From Gemmatimonadota bacterium (GTDB lineage Bacteria; Gemmatimonadota; Gemmatimonadetes; Gemmatimonadales; GWC2-71-9): a stretch of DNA of 64,000 bases. The first letter of the stretch is position 1. The number at the start of each line of letters is the position of its first letter. Shown in pieces: positions 1 through 10,423 of this stretch. The notes under the pieces were generated by a model, which ran no database searches, was not told the DNA's origin, and worked only from the letters and a program-made list of their open reading frames with translations. The translations under genes and the position numbers were made by a program. The stretch is taken from contig JBDHAB010000006.1 in assembly GCA_039588295.1 (NCBI GenBank), positions 32,001 through 96,000 on the forward strand, written 5' to 3'.

Positions 1-2872
1 GTCGTTCACCGACTTCGTCGCGGCCGCCGCCGTGTCGACGGTGAGCGGCACGTTCTGTCCGGCCGGCGGCAGGTGGGGCGACCTCGATGCAGACGGATTC
101 GCCAATAGCCGAGACGCGCTGGCGATTCTCACGAGCGTGGTCCAACTCCCCGTGAGCCCGGCATTCGACCTTGCGCTCGGAGACGTGGATGGCGACGGGA
201 AGGTCGACACGCGCGACGCGCTCATTCTGTTGTCCTACGCGGTGGGAATTGATATCGCCGGACAGCGGGTACTGCTCGTGGTGCCTGGTGCATGCGGCAC
301 CGGTAACACACCGTTGATCGTGATTGTCCCGGACACCGCCGACCTCGTCGGGGGCCAGTCCGTGCGCCTGCACGCCTTGATTAGTGACTCTTCGGGTAAC
401 TCGACGCTCGCCGCAGGCGTGAACTGGCAGGTCGCGGATCCCAGCGTGGCCACGGTCGATACTGCCGGTCTGCTCACCGTCCGCGACAGCGGGACGACCA
501 CAGTCACCGCCGCCTTGGGACCGGGCATTCGGGCCACGGCGACCGTGATCGGCCGGCTTCGTCGGCCCGTGTGGTATGTGGATGCCACGACCGCGACGCG
601 GCAGACCGTTCAGATGGGCACGCAACAGTGGCCCTTCTCCACGCCGGAGCTGGTCTTCCCGCACCTGAGCGAGGGCGACACCGTCATGATCGCCCCGGGT
701 GTCCACGACTACGCTGATACGACGTTCAATTGGATCGACGTTGGCGCCGTGTTCATCGGCGATACCAGCGGCGGGGTCGCGCGGCCCGTCCTTCGGGCTC
801 GAGAGGCAGACTTCGTGGACGCGTTCCCATGGTCGGGTGGCGTGCGCGGGGAGTTGCGGAATCTCGTGCTCAAGGGCTTCTACTACGGCGTGGACATGAG
901 CGGGCTCAAGTCCCTGGTGATGGACAACGTCAGGATCGAGGCGCCGCGCACGGGCTGGGGCTACGGACTCTTGGTCGACCAACCCGCCGATACGATCACG
1001 GTCATGCGAAGCGAGCTGGTGGGTGACTCGGCGTTTGGCGGGATCGGCATCTACGTGAGCCAAGGTGCCGAACTCTTCAACCTGCATGACTCACGGGTCA
1101 TCCAGTGGGGTGGTGAGGGACTCTGGGGGTATGACGTGGATTCCCTCGATGTGCTACGGAGCGAGATAAGCCACAACTCCAGTGAGGGCATTTTCCTGTT
1201 GACATCGAGCAGTCCCAGCGTGAGCGCTCGAATCTCGCAGAGTCGCTTCGAGAGCAATTACTCGGAGACGATCTACATCGGTGGCGCGCGCACGGTGGCG
1301 CTGGACCACAACTATCTCTTCGTCGATGACGGTGACGCCATCGACGTCTTTGGCCCCAGCGATCCGCTCGGAAGGGCAGCCGGGGTCAAGTTCTCCTCGC
1401 TCGGTGACTCGCTCGAGTTCCGTGCCGACGACTACGATTGGCTCGATGTGTCCGACATGGATAGCGTGATCATCGATTCCCTGTGGTTCGAGAACCCTGC
1501 GGACACGGCGATCTATCAGTACGGCTGGATCCGGGCCAACTCCGCGGTGATCACGAACTCCGAGCTACTCAATCTGTGGCAAGAAGGAATCGACTTCAAC
1601 GGCCGGTCGTTGGCAGTGGACAATACAACCTTCACGGGGTGTCAGAATCCCACAGATTGCGATTGGCTCGACGTCACCGCGATCGACGCCTGGTCCGGCA
1701 CCGACTCCGGACCGGCTGTCACCATCGCCAACTCGTCGTTTTGGAACGTCTGGTACGCGCTGAGGACAACTTCCTCGAACGACAGCGCGGGGCCCACCAT
1801 CCTTCAGAACAACATGGTCGATAGTGCGTCGTACGCGTTCCAGGTCAACGGCGACAGCGTCGTGATCACAGACAACGATCTGAGTCGGATTCAGTACTAC
1901 GGTGTTTGGGACGACCGGTCTGGTGCTAACAAGCCACCCGAGTTCGCCACAATCGCGCGGAACCGAATCACCTGCGCCATCACGGCGGCGGCCTCGTATG
2001 GAATCGTTCATGCCAACGCGCCAGCGCGGATCGAAGCCAACACGGTCAACGACTGTGATTACGGAATCTGGGTGGACAACTCGACCGTGTATCCGCTCCA
2101 GACGATCGAGATCGTCCAAGACACGATCAACATGGACGTGGGGGGCACAGGCATCTATGGCATCTACCTCACGAATCGGTGGCTTGCGACCGTGTCGCAC
2201 AATCGGATCCGTAACGCCGGCATCTACGGGGTGTACTTGACGCCGAATATTCTCGTTGGTGACGCTGCCGCGATGACTGTGGACAGCAATGCGGTGTCGG
2301 GCTCCGGCTCCATCGGGATCTATCTCACGCCGTCTGATTCGATGGATGTCGTCGGTCGGTGGAACAACATCGCGAACAATGCGGTCGACGGCGTCCAGTC
2401 GGCTGGCACGGGAGTCCGCAGCTTCACACTGGGTCGTTTCGTGGGGAATGGCCGGTACGGGGTGTACAATCTTGGCTTGCAGACCTTCGATGCGACACAG
2501 AACTGGTGGGGGGATCCGGCCGGCGTCGGCGGTCCGGGAGCGGACACCGTGTTTGGAGCGGTCGATCCCAGCAACCCGCTGGCGTCCGATCCGACTGGGA
2601 CGGTGCCACCGTTGGTGCCCCCTGCAAGCGGACTCGTGGCGAACATCCCGCAAGCGACTGATGCTCTGCGCCCTGCACCGCAGGTAACCCGTGCCGCTCA
2701 CGATGAAGCTGCAGTACGGAAGGCGCAACGCATCGAGCGAATGAAACTGCGTGACGCGCAACGGGCTGCAAAGGAAGCGGAGAAACTCCGCCGACAACAG
2801 GAGCTCGGGCGCGAGAGGCAGGCGATCTCGCAGCGGCGCGTCGTCAAGTCCGGGGAGTCGCCCATGCAGTAA
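1..2872 (+). CDS. 5'-partial large extracellular protein: dockerin-like domain, Ig-like (Big_2) domain and right-handed parallel beta-helix repeats
   Basis: Frame is open from base 2. Duplicated Ca-binding dockerin motifs GDLDADGFANSRDAL and GDVDGDGKVDTRDAL. WQVADPSVATVDTAGLLTVRDSGTTTVTA is Big_2-like. Many N/G-rich PbH1-like repeats, a late DATQNWWG motif and a charged C-terminal tail. Confidence 0.75.
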   Translation, partial: SFTDFVAAAAVSTVSGTFCPAGGRWGDLDADGFANSRDALAILTSVVQLPVSPAFDLALGDVDGDGKVDTRDALILLSYAVGIDIAGQRVLLVVPGACGTGNTPLIVIVPDTADLVGGQSVRLHALISDSSGNSTLAAGVNWQVADPSVATVDTAGLLTVRDSGTTTVTAALGPGIRATATVIGRLRRPVWYVDATTATRQTVQMGTQQWPFSTPELVFPHLSEGDTVMIAPGVHDYADTTFNWIDVGAVFIGDTSGGVARPVLRAREADFVDAFPWSGGVRGELRNLVLKGFYYGVDMSGLKSLVMDNVRIEAPRTGWGYGLLVDQPADTITVMRSELVGDSAFGGIGIYVSQGAELFNLHDSRVIQWGGEGLWGYDVDSLDVLRSEISHNSSEGIFLLTSSSPSVSARISQSRFESNYSETIYIGGARTVALDHNYLFVDDGDAIDVFGPSDPLGRAAGVKFSSLGDSLEFRADDYDWLDVSDMDSVIIDSLWFENPADTAIYQYGWIRANSAVITNSELLNLWQEGIDFNGRSLAVDNTTFTGCQNPTDCDWLDVTAIDAWSGTDSGPAVTIANSSFWNVWYALRTTSSNDSAGPTILQNNMVDSASYAFQVNGDSVVITDNDLSRIQYYGVWDDRSGANKPPEFATIARNRITCAITAAASYGIVHANAPARIEANTVNDCDYGIWVDNSTVYPLQTIEIVQDTINMDVGGTGIYGIYLTNRWLATVSHNRIRNAGIYGVYLTPNILVGDAAAMTVDSNAVSGSGSIGIYLTPSDSMDVVGRWNNIANNAVDGVQSAGTGVRSFTLGRFVGNGRYGVYNLGLQTFDATQNWWGDPAGVGGPGADTVFGAVDPSNPLASDPTGTVPPLVPPASGLVANIPQATDALRPAPQVTRAAHDEAAVRKAQRIERMKLRDAQRAAKEAEKLRRQQELGRERQAISQRRVVKSGESPMQ

Positions 2873-2965
2873 GTGGAGTCATGGGCCAAGAGTACGAACG
2901 GTAGCGCCCGGCGGATTCAGCGTCCGCCGGGCGCCTGCCGTTACAACCGGTTCAGCTTGGGCCGG

Positions 2966-4102
2966 TCAGGCCATTGGAGCCGTCGCTCTCCTCGGGCACG
3001 GCGGCAACGCTGCCTCGGCGGCGACAAAGTCGCTCGGCATGCTCTCCAGACACTCCAGGGGGTCGCAACAGGTGTGACACACCCGCTTGAACCCGCGGAA
3101 ACCCAGAAGCTGCACTTGTGGTGCGAGGAACGCTGGCTTGGCGGGCTCCTGGGCAAGCAGGTCGGTGCTCAAGTACTTCTTGTTGTCATCGCAGAACACG
3201 GTGACGACCACGGCCTCCGATCCCATTTCGTTCTGGACACGGAGGGCGCCGAGAAAGTTCGCCCCGGAGGAAATCCCCACGCCGAGCCCCAGCTCGGTCG
3301 CGAGCTTCTGCGCCATCAGAATCGCGTCGCCATCATCCACGTCGACGACAGCATCGAGGAAATCCAGATCCACAATGGGCGGAATGAACTCATCGGAGAT
3401 CCCCTGGATTCGGTGTCTACCCACGCGGTGGCCTGTTGAAAGCGTCGGGGAGCTGGCGGGTTCCAACGGGTGCAGTTTCACATCGGGGTGGCGAGCGCGG
3501 AGGAACTGACCGACACCCATGATCGTGCCACCCGTACCGACACCCGCGACGAAGGCATCCGGAAACGCGTCGCGAAACCTGAGTTGCCACCAGATTTCCG
3601 GCCCCGTCGCCTGGGCGTGTGCCTCGATGTTGTCACGGTTTGAGAACTGCCGTGGCAGGAACGCGTGGTCCGACTGGGCCGCCAGCTGCTCGGCCCGCTC
3701 GATGCTGCCGAGGAAGCCACCTTCCTCCTTACTCACCAGCTGAATGTCAGCCCCCAGGCTCCGGATCAGATTGATACGTTCGGCGCTCATCCAATCCGGC
3801 ATGAAGATGGTAACCGGGTGGCCCATGGCCCGCCCGATTGCCGCAATGGAAATCCCGGTGTTGCCGCTGGTCGCCTCCACGAGACGATCGCCTGGCTGAA
3901 GCGCACCCGTGGAATAGCCCTGTTGCAGAATGAACAGCGCCATGCGGTCCTTGATGCTCCCGGTCATGTTGATGTGCTCGGCCTTGGCATAGATCACGCG
4001 CGGCTTGCCACGAACGGTGAAGTCAACGGCGAGCAGCGGTGTATTGCCCACCAGACACTTCAATCCACGGATGCGGCGTTCGAGATCCCGACTGGCCTCC
4101 AT
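2966..4102 (-). CDS. PLP-dependent cysteine synthase family protein with a Cys-rich C-terminal extension
   Basis: [16 protein letters not shown] (PLP Lys), [31 protein letters not shown] at 4102 has a GAGGGG RBS. Confidence 0.88.
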   Translation of the reverse strand: MEASRDLERRIRGLKCLVGNTPLLAVDFTVRGKPRVIYAKAEHINMTGSIKDRMALFILQQGYSTGALQPGDRLVEATSGNTGISIAAIGRAMGHPVTIFMPDWMSAERINLIRSLGADIQLVSKEEGGFLGSIERAEQLAAQSDHAFLPRQFSNRDNIEAHAQATGPEIWWQLRFRDAFPDAFVAGVGTGGTIMGVGQFLRARHPDVKLHPLEPASSPTLSTGHRVGRHRIQGISDEFIPPIVDLDFLDAVVDVDDGDAILMAQKLATELGLGVGISSGANFLGALRVQNEMGSEAVVVTVFCDDNKKYLSTDLLAQEPAKPAFLAPQVQLLGFRGFKRVCHTCCDPLECLESMPSDFVAAEAALPPCPRRATAPMA

Positions 4103-4265
4103 GGTCCCCTCACACGACGGATCGAATGGTATCCTCCCAAAGCACCCGCGAGTACCGAAGTGGAGTTTACGGGTCCAGGCTGCAGTCGGCAATCGGACCC
4201 GACGGGAGCCGGTTGTCGACCCCCGCAAGCCGGTTAGCTTCGGGTGTGTGGTAAGAGGATTGCGC

Positions 4266-5552
4266 ATGGAGTTCGTCAGCACAGCCGGGGAGTCAACGCC
4301 AACCGATCTGCGATCGGCACTGATTCGCGGACTGGCGCCGGACGGCGGTCTCTACCTACCCGCTGCGCTCGAGCCCCTTTCCGCCCACAGCGTTGCCGAT
4401 CTGCGGGGGTGTTCGCTGCAAGAAGCCGCGGTCGGGCTGGCGCCCCGGCTCTTCGGAACCGCTGACCCGGCGACACGGCTCGGCCAGAACCTCAGAGACG
4501 CGCTGAGCTTCCCGATTCCTCTGGTACCGTTAGAGGAGCGGATCTTCGTCCTCGAGGTGTTTCATGGCCCGACGCTCGCATTCAAGGACGTCGGTGCGCG
4601 GTGCATGGCGAGGCTCATGGCGACGCTGCACGACCAGACGGAGCCTCTCACGGTTCTCACCGCCACGTCGGGTGACACCGGCGGAGCCGTTGCGCATGCG
4701 TTTCACGGGCTTCCAAACACGCGCGTCGTTGTGCTGTATCCGGAAGGTCGGGTCAGTGCGTTCCAGGAGCGCCAGTTCACGACACTGGGTGGCAACGTCC
4801 GTCCAGTGGCCGTGTCAGGAACGTTCGACGATTGCCAACGGCTCGTGAAGCGCGCGCTCGAGCATGAGCGGTCGCGAGCCGGGCGTCTCCTGACCTCCGC
4901 GAACTCCGTCAACATCGGTCGCCTCCTGCCGCAAGTCTTCTACTACGCCTACGCGTGGGCGCAGCTGCCTGCGTCACACGCGCCGCTCCTGGTGTCCGTG
5001 CCATCCGGCAATTTCGGGAACCTCACGGCCGGACTGATCGCCAAGCGGTTGGGAATTCCGATTGATGTCTTTGTGGCCGCCACGAATGCAAACGATGTTG
5101 TGCCCCAATTCCTGCGCACGGGCGACTTCAACCCGCGGCCGTCGATGCGCACGATCTCCAGTGCCATGGATGTGGGGAACCCTAGCAACGTCGACCGCAT
5201 GTTGGCTTTGTACGAGCATGATCTAACCGCACTGCGCCGCGACGTGGTGGGCCGGTCCTCCAGTGACGCGGAGACCCGCGATTGCATCGCCGAGGTCTTC
5301 GGGCGCACCGGCTACGTACTCGATCCTCACTCGGCAGTGGGCTATCTCGGGCTCGAAGCGGAACTGGCGAGTCGTCGGGATGCCGTGGGGCTCCTGCTCG
5401 CGACGGCGCATCCTTCCAAGTTCGCCGATATCGTGGAGCCATTGATCGAACATCACGTTCCACCGCCGCCGTGGTACACGGTGCCCGCCCGCCCGTCTGG
5501 CGACGTGATCCGCATCGGTCCGTCATTGGAGGCCCTGATCCCACTGCTCTAG
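4266..5552 (+). CDS. thrC: threonine synthase
   Basis: [62 protein letters not shown]. Confidence 0.93.
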   Translation: MEFVSTAGESTPTDLRSALIRGLAPDGGLYLPAALEPLSAHSVADLRGCSLQEAAVGLAPRLFGTADPATRLGQNLRDALSFPIPLVPLEERIFVLEVFHGPTLAFKDVGARCMARLMATLHDQTEPLTVLTATSGDTGGAVAHAFHGLPNTRVVVLYPEGRVSAFQERQFTTLGGNVRPVAVSGTFDDCQRLVKRALEHERSRAGRLLTSANSVNIGRLLPQVFYYAYAWAQLPASHAPLLVSVPSGNFGNLTAGLIAKRLGIPIDVFVAATNANDVVPQFLRTGDFNPRPSMRTISSAMDVGNPSNVDRMLALYEHDLTALRRDVVGRSSSDAETRDCIAEVFGRTGYVLDPHSAVGYLGLEAELASRRDAVGLLLATAHPSKFADIVEPLIEHHVPPPPWYTVPARPSGDVIRIGPSLEALIPLL

Positions 5553-5687
5553 GGCCAGCTCGCATACCCGAAACAGACGCTCCCGAACGCGAGAAGACTT
5601 TCAGTTTGACGCTCGTCGTTACTCCCGGAGGGGTTCGGCCGTCTCTCTGTTGAAGCGAACGAGACGGAAACCACGGGAGGGGACATA

Positions 5688-6107
5688 ATGAGGAAGCACA
5701 CCTTGACCCTGGCTGCGCTGGCGCTCGCGTTGCCGGCGCCGATCGCGGCGCAGCAGCAGCAGCAGCAACTTCGCCAACAGCAGGAACAGCAGCTTCAGCA
5801 GCAGGAGCAGCTCCACCGGATGCAGCAGCAGATGGAACGGGTCATGAGCCAAGTGCGGCAGCTCAATCAGCAGATGGTTCAACAGCGGGTGCGCCAGGAG
5901 TTTCGACAGATGGGGCAGCAGATGGAACAGGCGGGCGCCCGTCTCCGCGAGATGGTGCGAAATATCGAACAGCTTCGGCAAGATCCGGCATTTGCCCAAG
6001 TCCAGAATCGCGGCGCGGACTTCGAGCAGCTACGGATCCGGATCCGCAACATGGTACGTGAGATGGATCAGGCACAGCAGGCGTTGAGGAAGCTCGTTGG
6101 TCAATAA
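5688..6107 (+). CDS. secreted Gln-rich coiled-coil protein of unknown function
   Basis: GGGAGG RBS, Sec signal peptide (MRKHTLTLAALALALPAPIAA), polyQ/heptad body. Its stop overlaps the next start (TAATG). Confidence 0.7.
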   Translation: MRKHTLTLAALALALPAPIAAQQQQQQLRQQQEQQLQQQEQLHRMQQQMERVMSQVRQLNQQMVQQRVRQEFRQMGQQMEQAGARLREMVRNIEQLRQDPAFAQVQNRGADFEQLRIRIRNMVREMDQAQQALRKLVGQ

Positions 6108-7015
6108 TGCGCCTGAAGTTGGTGGTCCCGCTCGCCGGCGGGCTGGTCGGAAGTCCGCTCGCCGCCCAGTCCCTGACCTACGAGGGAGGACTCTCTCTGG
6201 CGAGCGGGACCTACATCTTCACCGAACGCACCAACAGCGTGGCCCTGTCCTCGGGAATCGCGGTGCGGTTTGGCCCTGTGGCTCTGAGGGCAGCGCTGCC
6301 GCTCTACCTCCAGAACACCACGCTTGTCACTGGCTCCGGCACTGGGCTAGTCCCGACGGGGGGATCGGCGAGCGAAGCGGTTGCGGACTCGTCGGCGGCC
6401 AGACGCGGCCGCACACGAGGATCGCTCGCAGAGGCCAACCCAGTCCCCGCGGTGACGATGTCGCCCACCGGAGCACTTGAGAGATCCGAGGATCTGGTGG
6501 AGGTGCCCTCGTCGTCGGTGACCGGTTATGAGATGGCGATCGGCGATCCTACGATCGGCGTGAATATCCTGTTCGCCACCGGCAACAGAATCAACGCCTC
6601 CGCTGGAGCGGCCGCGAAGATTCCGGTGACTGATACGACGAGTGTCGGTACCGGCGAGTGGGATGTGGGGGCACTGGCCTCGCTCTCGTACCGGGTTGGC
6701 GTGACGACGTTCTTCGCGGCCAACGTTGCCTACTGGCACTACGGAGATCTCCCGACCCTGGAGCTGCGGAGTTCGGTTCTGGGGACACTTGGTGTGTCAT
6801 ATCTGAACCTCAACGGTTGGGGGTTTTCAGCGTCCGTTTATGGTGCTGCCTCGGCAATCGAAGGATTTCGGGACACCTATGCAATTGGGCTCGGCGGCAC
6901 ACGAATCAGCCGACGGGGCAGTATCGGTGTCATCGCCTCTCTCGGTCTGTCGGAAACCGCGCCCGACTTCTCTTTTGGTGTCACCTGGCGTCTCACCCTG
7001 CTCCCGGTCTACTAG
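6107..7015 (+). CDS. probable outer-membrane beta-barrel protein
   Basis: Signal peptide, alternating hydrophobic beta-strands, GDP..G and GTGEWDVG segments, aromatic C-terminal strand (FSFGVTWRL). Confidence 0.6.
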   Translation: MRLKLVVPLAGGLVGSPLAAQSLTYEGGLSLASGTYIFTERTNSVALSSGIAVRFGPVALRAALPLYLQNTTLVTGSGTGLVPTGGSASEAVADSSAARRGRTRGSLAEANPVPAVTMSPTGALERSEDLVEVPSSSVTGYEMAIGDPTIGVNILFATGNRINASAGAAAKIPVTDTTSVGTGEWDVGALASLSYRVGVTTFFAANVAYWHYGDLPTLELRSSVLGTLGVSYLNLNGWGFSASVYGAASAIEGFRDTYAIGLGGTRISRRGSIGVIASLGLSETAPDFSFGVTWRLTLLPVY

Positions 7016-7098
7016 GCCCGCGATCGCGTCCCGGCTTGCCACGCCGGAATTCTCCAGAGAGTATTGAAGGCAAACGAACCGGATGTCGGGGTGCGCTC

Positions 7099-8076
7099 AT
7101 GGCGATCCGAAGGATTGGGGTACTCACCAGTGGGGGCGACGCCCCCGGCATGAACGCCGCCGTACGCGCGGTGGTGCGTACCGGGGTCGCACGAGGTTGG
7201 GAGGTGTACGGCATCCGCCAGGGATTCGCCGGACTCATCACTGGTAAGGTGGGGCAGTTGGGTCCTCGGGATGTCAGTGGCATCATCCAGCTCGGCGGCA
7301 CCATGTTGGGCAGCGCTCGATCGGCCGAGTTCGAGACCGACGTGGGTCGCAGCCATGCAATCCGGGTGCTCCGCCAACATGAGATCGATGCGCTGGTGGT
7401 CATCGGAGGCAATGGGTCACAGCAAGGGTCGAACGCGCTCCGTGAATCCGGATTCCCTGTGGTCGGCATTGCCTCCACGATCGACAACGACTTATACGGC
7501 TCAGAGATCACGATCGGTGTCGACACAGCGCTCAACATTGCCATCGAGGCGATCGATCGACTCAAGACGACCGCTTCATCGCATCAACGAGCCTTCCTCG
7601 TGGAGGTGATGGGTCGCGATAGTGGGTACCTCGCGCTGATGGCGGGGATCGCCGGTGGTGCCGAAGCCGTCGTGATTCCCGAGGTGGAGACGGATCCCGA
7701 CGCGGTCGCGACCGAGCTGCGAGAGGCGTACGAGAGGGGAAAGTCCCATGCCATTGTAGTCGTGGCCGAGGGCGACGAGTACAACGCGGAATCACTGGCC
7801 CGACATTTTGCGGAGCACCGAGATCGCCTCGGCTTTGAGTTTCGCGTCACCACGCTGGGCCATGTCCAACGAGGTGGCACGCCGGGTGCGTTCGACCGGT
7901 TGCTGGCCACGCGGATGGGATCGGCCGCGACGGACTGCATTGGACGGGGTGAGGTCGGTGTCCTCGTAGGCCTCAAGAAGGGCGATCTGGTCAGCACGCC
8001 GCTGTCCCGAGTGGTTGCAAACACGAAGGAGCTCGACCCGGAGCTGTTGGAGCTGGCGCGCCTCCTGGCACGCTGA
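7099..8076 (+). CDS. pfkA: 6-phosphofructokinase
   Basis: IGVLTSGGDAPGMNAAVRAVV, GGTMLGSAR, TIDND, VEVMGR, LGHVQRGG. Confidence 0.95.
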   Translation: MAIRRIGVLTSGGDAPGMNAAVRAVVRTGVARGWEVYGIRQGFAGLITGKVGQLGPRDVSGIIQLGGTMLGSARSAEFETDVGRSHAIRVLRQHEIDALVVIGGNGSQQGSNALRESGFPVVGIASTIDNDLYGSEITIGVDTALNIAIEAIDRLKTTASSHQRAFLVEVMGRDSGYLALMAGIAGGAEAVVIPEVETDPDAVATELREAYERGKSHAIVVVAEGDEYNAESLARHFAEHRDRLGFEFRVTTLGHVQRGGTPGAFDRLLATRMGSAATDCIGRGEVGVLVGLKKGDLVSTPLSRVVANTKELDPELLELARLLAR

Positions 8077-8122
8077 ACACGCCCCTCTCGATCGACCTGC
8101 AACGGAATTCGGAGGTTGAAGC

Positions 8123-9460
8123 ATGTCGGCACTCGAACGACGGGACTTCATCAAAGGCGCGGCCGGCGTCGCGGCAGGCTTGGCGGGGATGCCACCCCTG
8201 TTGCTCCGGCGACGGGACGATCGCACGGTGCGACTGGGTATCATTGGAACCGGAGGTCGCGGGCGGAGCCTGCTTGGTCTCGCACTTCGGCGAGGCGACA
8301 CCGAGGTCAACGCGTTGTGTGACATCGACCCCGAGGCGCTCCGCATGGCCCAGGATATGGTGCGCGAGGCCCGAGGGCAGGACGTGGAGGGCTACGGAAA
8401 CGGAGACGAGGACTTCCGCAACCTCGTGTTGCGAGACGATCTCGACGCCGTCATCGTCGCGACACCTTGGCTCTGGCACACGCCCATGGCAGTGGCTGCG
8501 ATGCGAGCCGGGAAGGCTGTAGGGGTTGAAGTACCGGCCGCCGTCACAGCGGAGGAATGCTGGGATCTCGTTGACACGTCGGAGGAGACGCGCATGCCCT
8601 GCATGATTCTGGAGAATGTGTGTTACCGCCGCGACGTGATGACGGTGCTGAACATGGTGCGCCAAGGACTCTTCGGGGAGGTGCTTCACTGCCATTGCGG
8701 CTATCAGCACGACCTCCGGGACATCAAATTCCAACCAGGTGTGCAGTTTGGACCTGGGTCCAAGGGCGAGGCGCGCTGGCGCACGCAACACTCAATCCAC
8801 CGTAACGGCGACATCTACCCGACCCACGGCATCGGCCCAGTCTCGAATTTCCTCAAGATCAACTATGGGAATCGATTTGCGACGCTCACGTCGACCGCAA
8901 CCCGGTCGCGTGGCTTGCATGACTACATCGTCGAGCATGGAGGTGAGGATCATCCCAATGCGAAGATCCGGTTCGCGCTCGGCGACATCGTGACCACCGT
9001 CATTCGGACAGCGAATGGGGAGAGCATCGTCGTCATTCACGACACCAATTTGCCGCGGCCGTACTCGCTCAATTTCCGGGTCCAAGGTGCGAAGGGAATC
9101 TGGATGAGCGACAATCGATCGATCTACCTCGAAGATATGAGTCCCGAACCGCATCGGTGGGAGCCGTTCGAGAGCTATCGAGAGCGCTACGATCACCCGC
9201 TCTGGAAGCGCCACGAAGAGGAAGCCACCGGGGCGGGCCATGGCGGGATGGACTTCTTCGTGGTCCACGCGTTCATCGAGTCCGTCAAGCGGCGTGTGCC
9301 GCCACCACTCGATGTCTACGCCGCGGCGTCCTTCAGTGTTATCAGCGCTCTCTCCGAACAGTCGATCCTTAAGGGTGGCGAGCCGATGGAGTTTCCCGAT
9401 TTCACACGAGGGCGCTGGGTCAGGCGTGAGTTCTCCTTTGGGATGAGTGAGGAGTTCTGA
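8123..9460 (+). CDS. Tat-exported Gfo/Idh/MocA family enzyme, GH109 alpha-N-acetylgalactosaminidase-like
   Basis: RRDFIK twin-arginine signal, Rossmann GIIGTGGRG, ATPWLWH, ENVCY, YPTHGIGP, GHGGMD. Confidence 0.85.
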   Translation: MSALERRDFIKGAAGVAAGLAGMPPLLLRRRDDRTVRLGIIGTGGRGRSLLGLALRRGDTEVNALCDIDPEALRMAQDMVREARGQDVEGYGNGDEDFRNLVLRDDLDAVIVATPWLWHTPMAVAAMRAGKAVGVEVPAAVTAEECWDLVDTSEETRMPCMILENVCYRRDVMTVLNMVRQGLFGEVLHCHCGYQHDLRDIKFQPGVQFGPGSKGEARWRTQHSIHRNGDIYPTHGIGPVSNFLKINYGNRFATLTSTATRSRGLHDYIVEHGGEDHPNAKIRFALGDIVTTVIRTANGESIVVIHDTNLPRPYSLNFRVQGAKGIWMSDNRSIYLEDMSPEPHRWEPFESYRERYDHPLWKRHEEEATGAGHGGMDFFVVHAFIESVKRRVPPPLDVYAAASFSVISALSEQSILKGGEPMEFPDFTRGRWVRREFSFGMSEEF

Positions 9461-9494
9461 TCGACGCGACAGGACCTGTCGAAGGGAGGCCGTG

Positions 9495-10418
9495 ATGAAA
9501 GAGTGGCGTGGAGGCATCTCGCTGCGGCTCGTGCTCATCGCCGCAACCGGCGCCTCGCTGGGTTCGTGTGGTCAGAGCAGAATCGAGAACAAGGTGCTGG
9601 TGATCGGTTTGGATGGGGTGCGGGTCGACGTTCTCGCGGAGGCACAAACGCCGTCGCTCGACTCACTCATCGCCGAGGGGACATTCAGCGCCGCGGCGCT
9701 CACGGGAGAGCCGACGGTCAGCGGCCCGGGATGGTCCAGCATGCTGACCGGTGTGTGGCCGGCGAAGCATGGCGTCCACGGTAACAACTTCACGGGCAAC
9801 GCGTACGATGCCTATCCCGACTTCTTGACCCGCCTGGAGCGCATGGACTCCAGCTACTCCACATTCGCTGTTGTCGACTGGCCGCCGCTTGGCTCCACCG
9901 AATCCGGGGGTCCGCTTCTCAGCCATGCTATCGACACGAAGCACACCTTCAACGGTGACGAGCTAGGGTATGATGTCACGGACTCGCTGTCGGCTGTCGT
10001 TGCGACTCAGTTTCTCGAAAATGAGGCAGTGGACGCAGCGTTCGTGTACTTCGGGGACATTGACGTGGTGGGCCACGAGACCGGATCACTCTCAGATGAG
10101 TACCGCGCGGCGATTGAGGCTGCTGACCGGCAGGTGGGGGCGCTGCTCGAGGCCGTTCGCCGTCGCCCGACCTACGATCGAGAGAACTGGCTGATTCTGG
10201 TGAGCACTGACCACGGTCGCCGCGACGACGGCGGACACGGGGGGCTTTCCGACAAGGAGCGGACCATCTTCTACCTTGCAGCCGGACCCTCGGCGATCAA
10301 GGCGCAGGTGCTGACACCCCCGAGAATCGTTGACGTGGCAACGACGGCGCTGGCACACCTCGGCGTCCGGGTCCAACCCTCGTGGGGGCTCGACGGGCGC
10401 ATCGTCGGATTGCAGTAG
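9495..10418 (+). CDS. alkaline phosphatase superfamily (nucleotide pyrophosphatase/phosphodiesterase) lipoprotein
   Basis: LGSC lipobox, IGLDGVR, TVSGPGWSSMLTG, DVVGH, STDHG. Confidence 0.82.
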   Translation: MKEWRGGISLRLVLIAATGASLGSCGQSRIENKVLVIGLDGVRVDVLAEAQTPSLDSLIAEGTFSAAALTGEPTVSGPGWSSMLTGVWPAKHGVHGNNFTGNAYDAYPDFLTRLERMDSSYSTFAVVDWPPLGSTESGGPLLSHAIDTKHTFNGDELGYDVTDSLSAVVATQFLENEAVDAAFVYFGDIDVVGHETGSLSDEYRAAIEAADRQVGALLEAVRRRPTYDRENWLILVSTDHGRRDDGGHGGLSDKERTIFYLAAGPSAIKAQVLTPPRIVDVATTALAHLGVRVQPSWGLDGRIVGLQ

Positions 10419-10423
10419 CAGGC

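Noticed and set aside
4217..4230. 14-mer TCGACCCCCGCAAG also found at about 14402, as a REP-like element
   Set aside because: Only two copies with unrelated flanks; cannot be told from chance.
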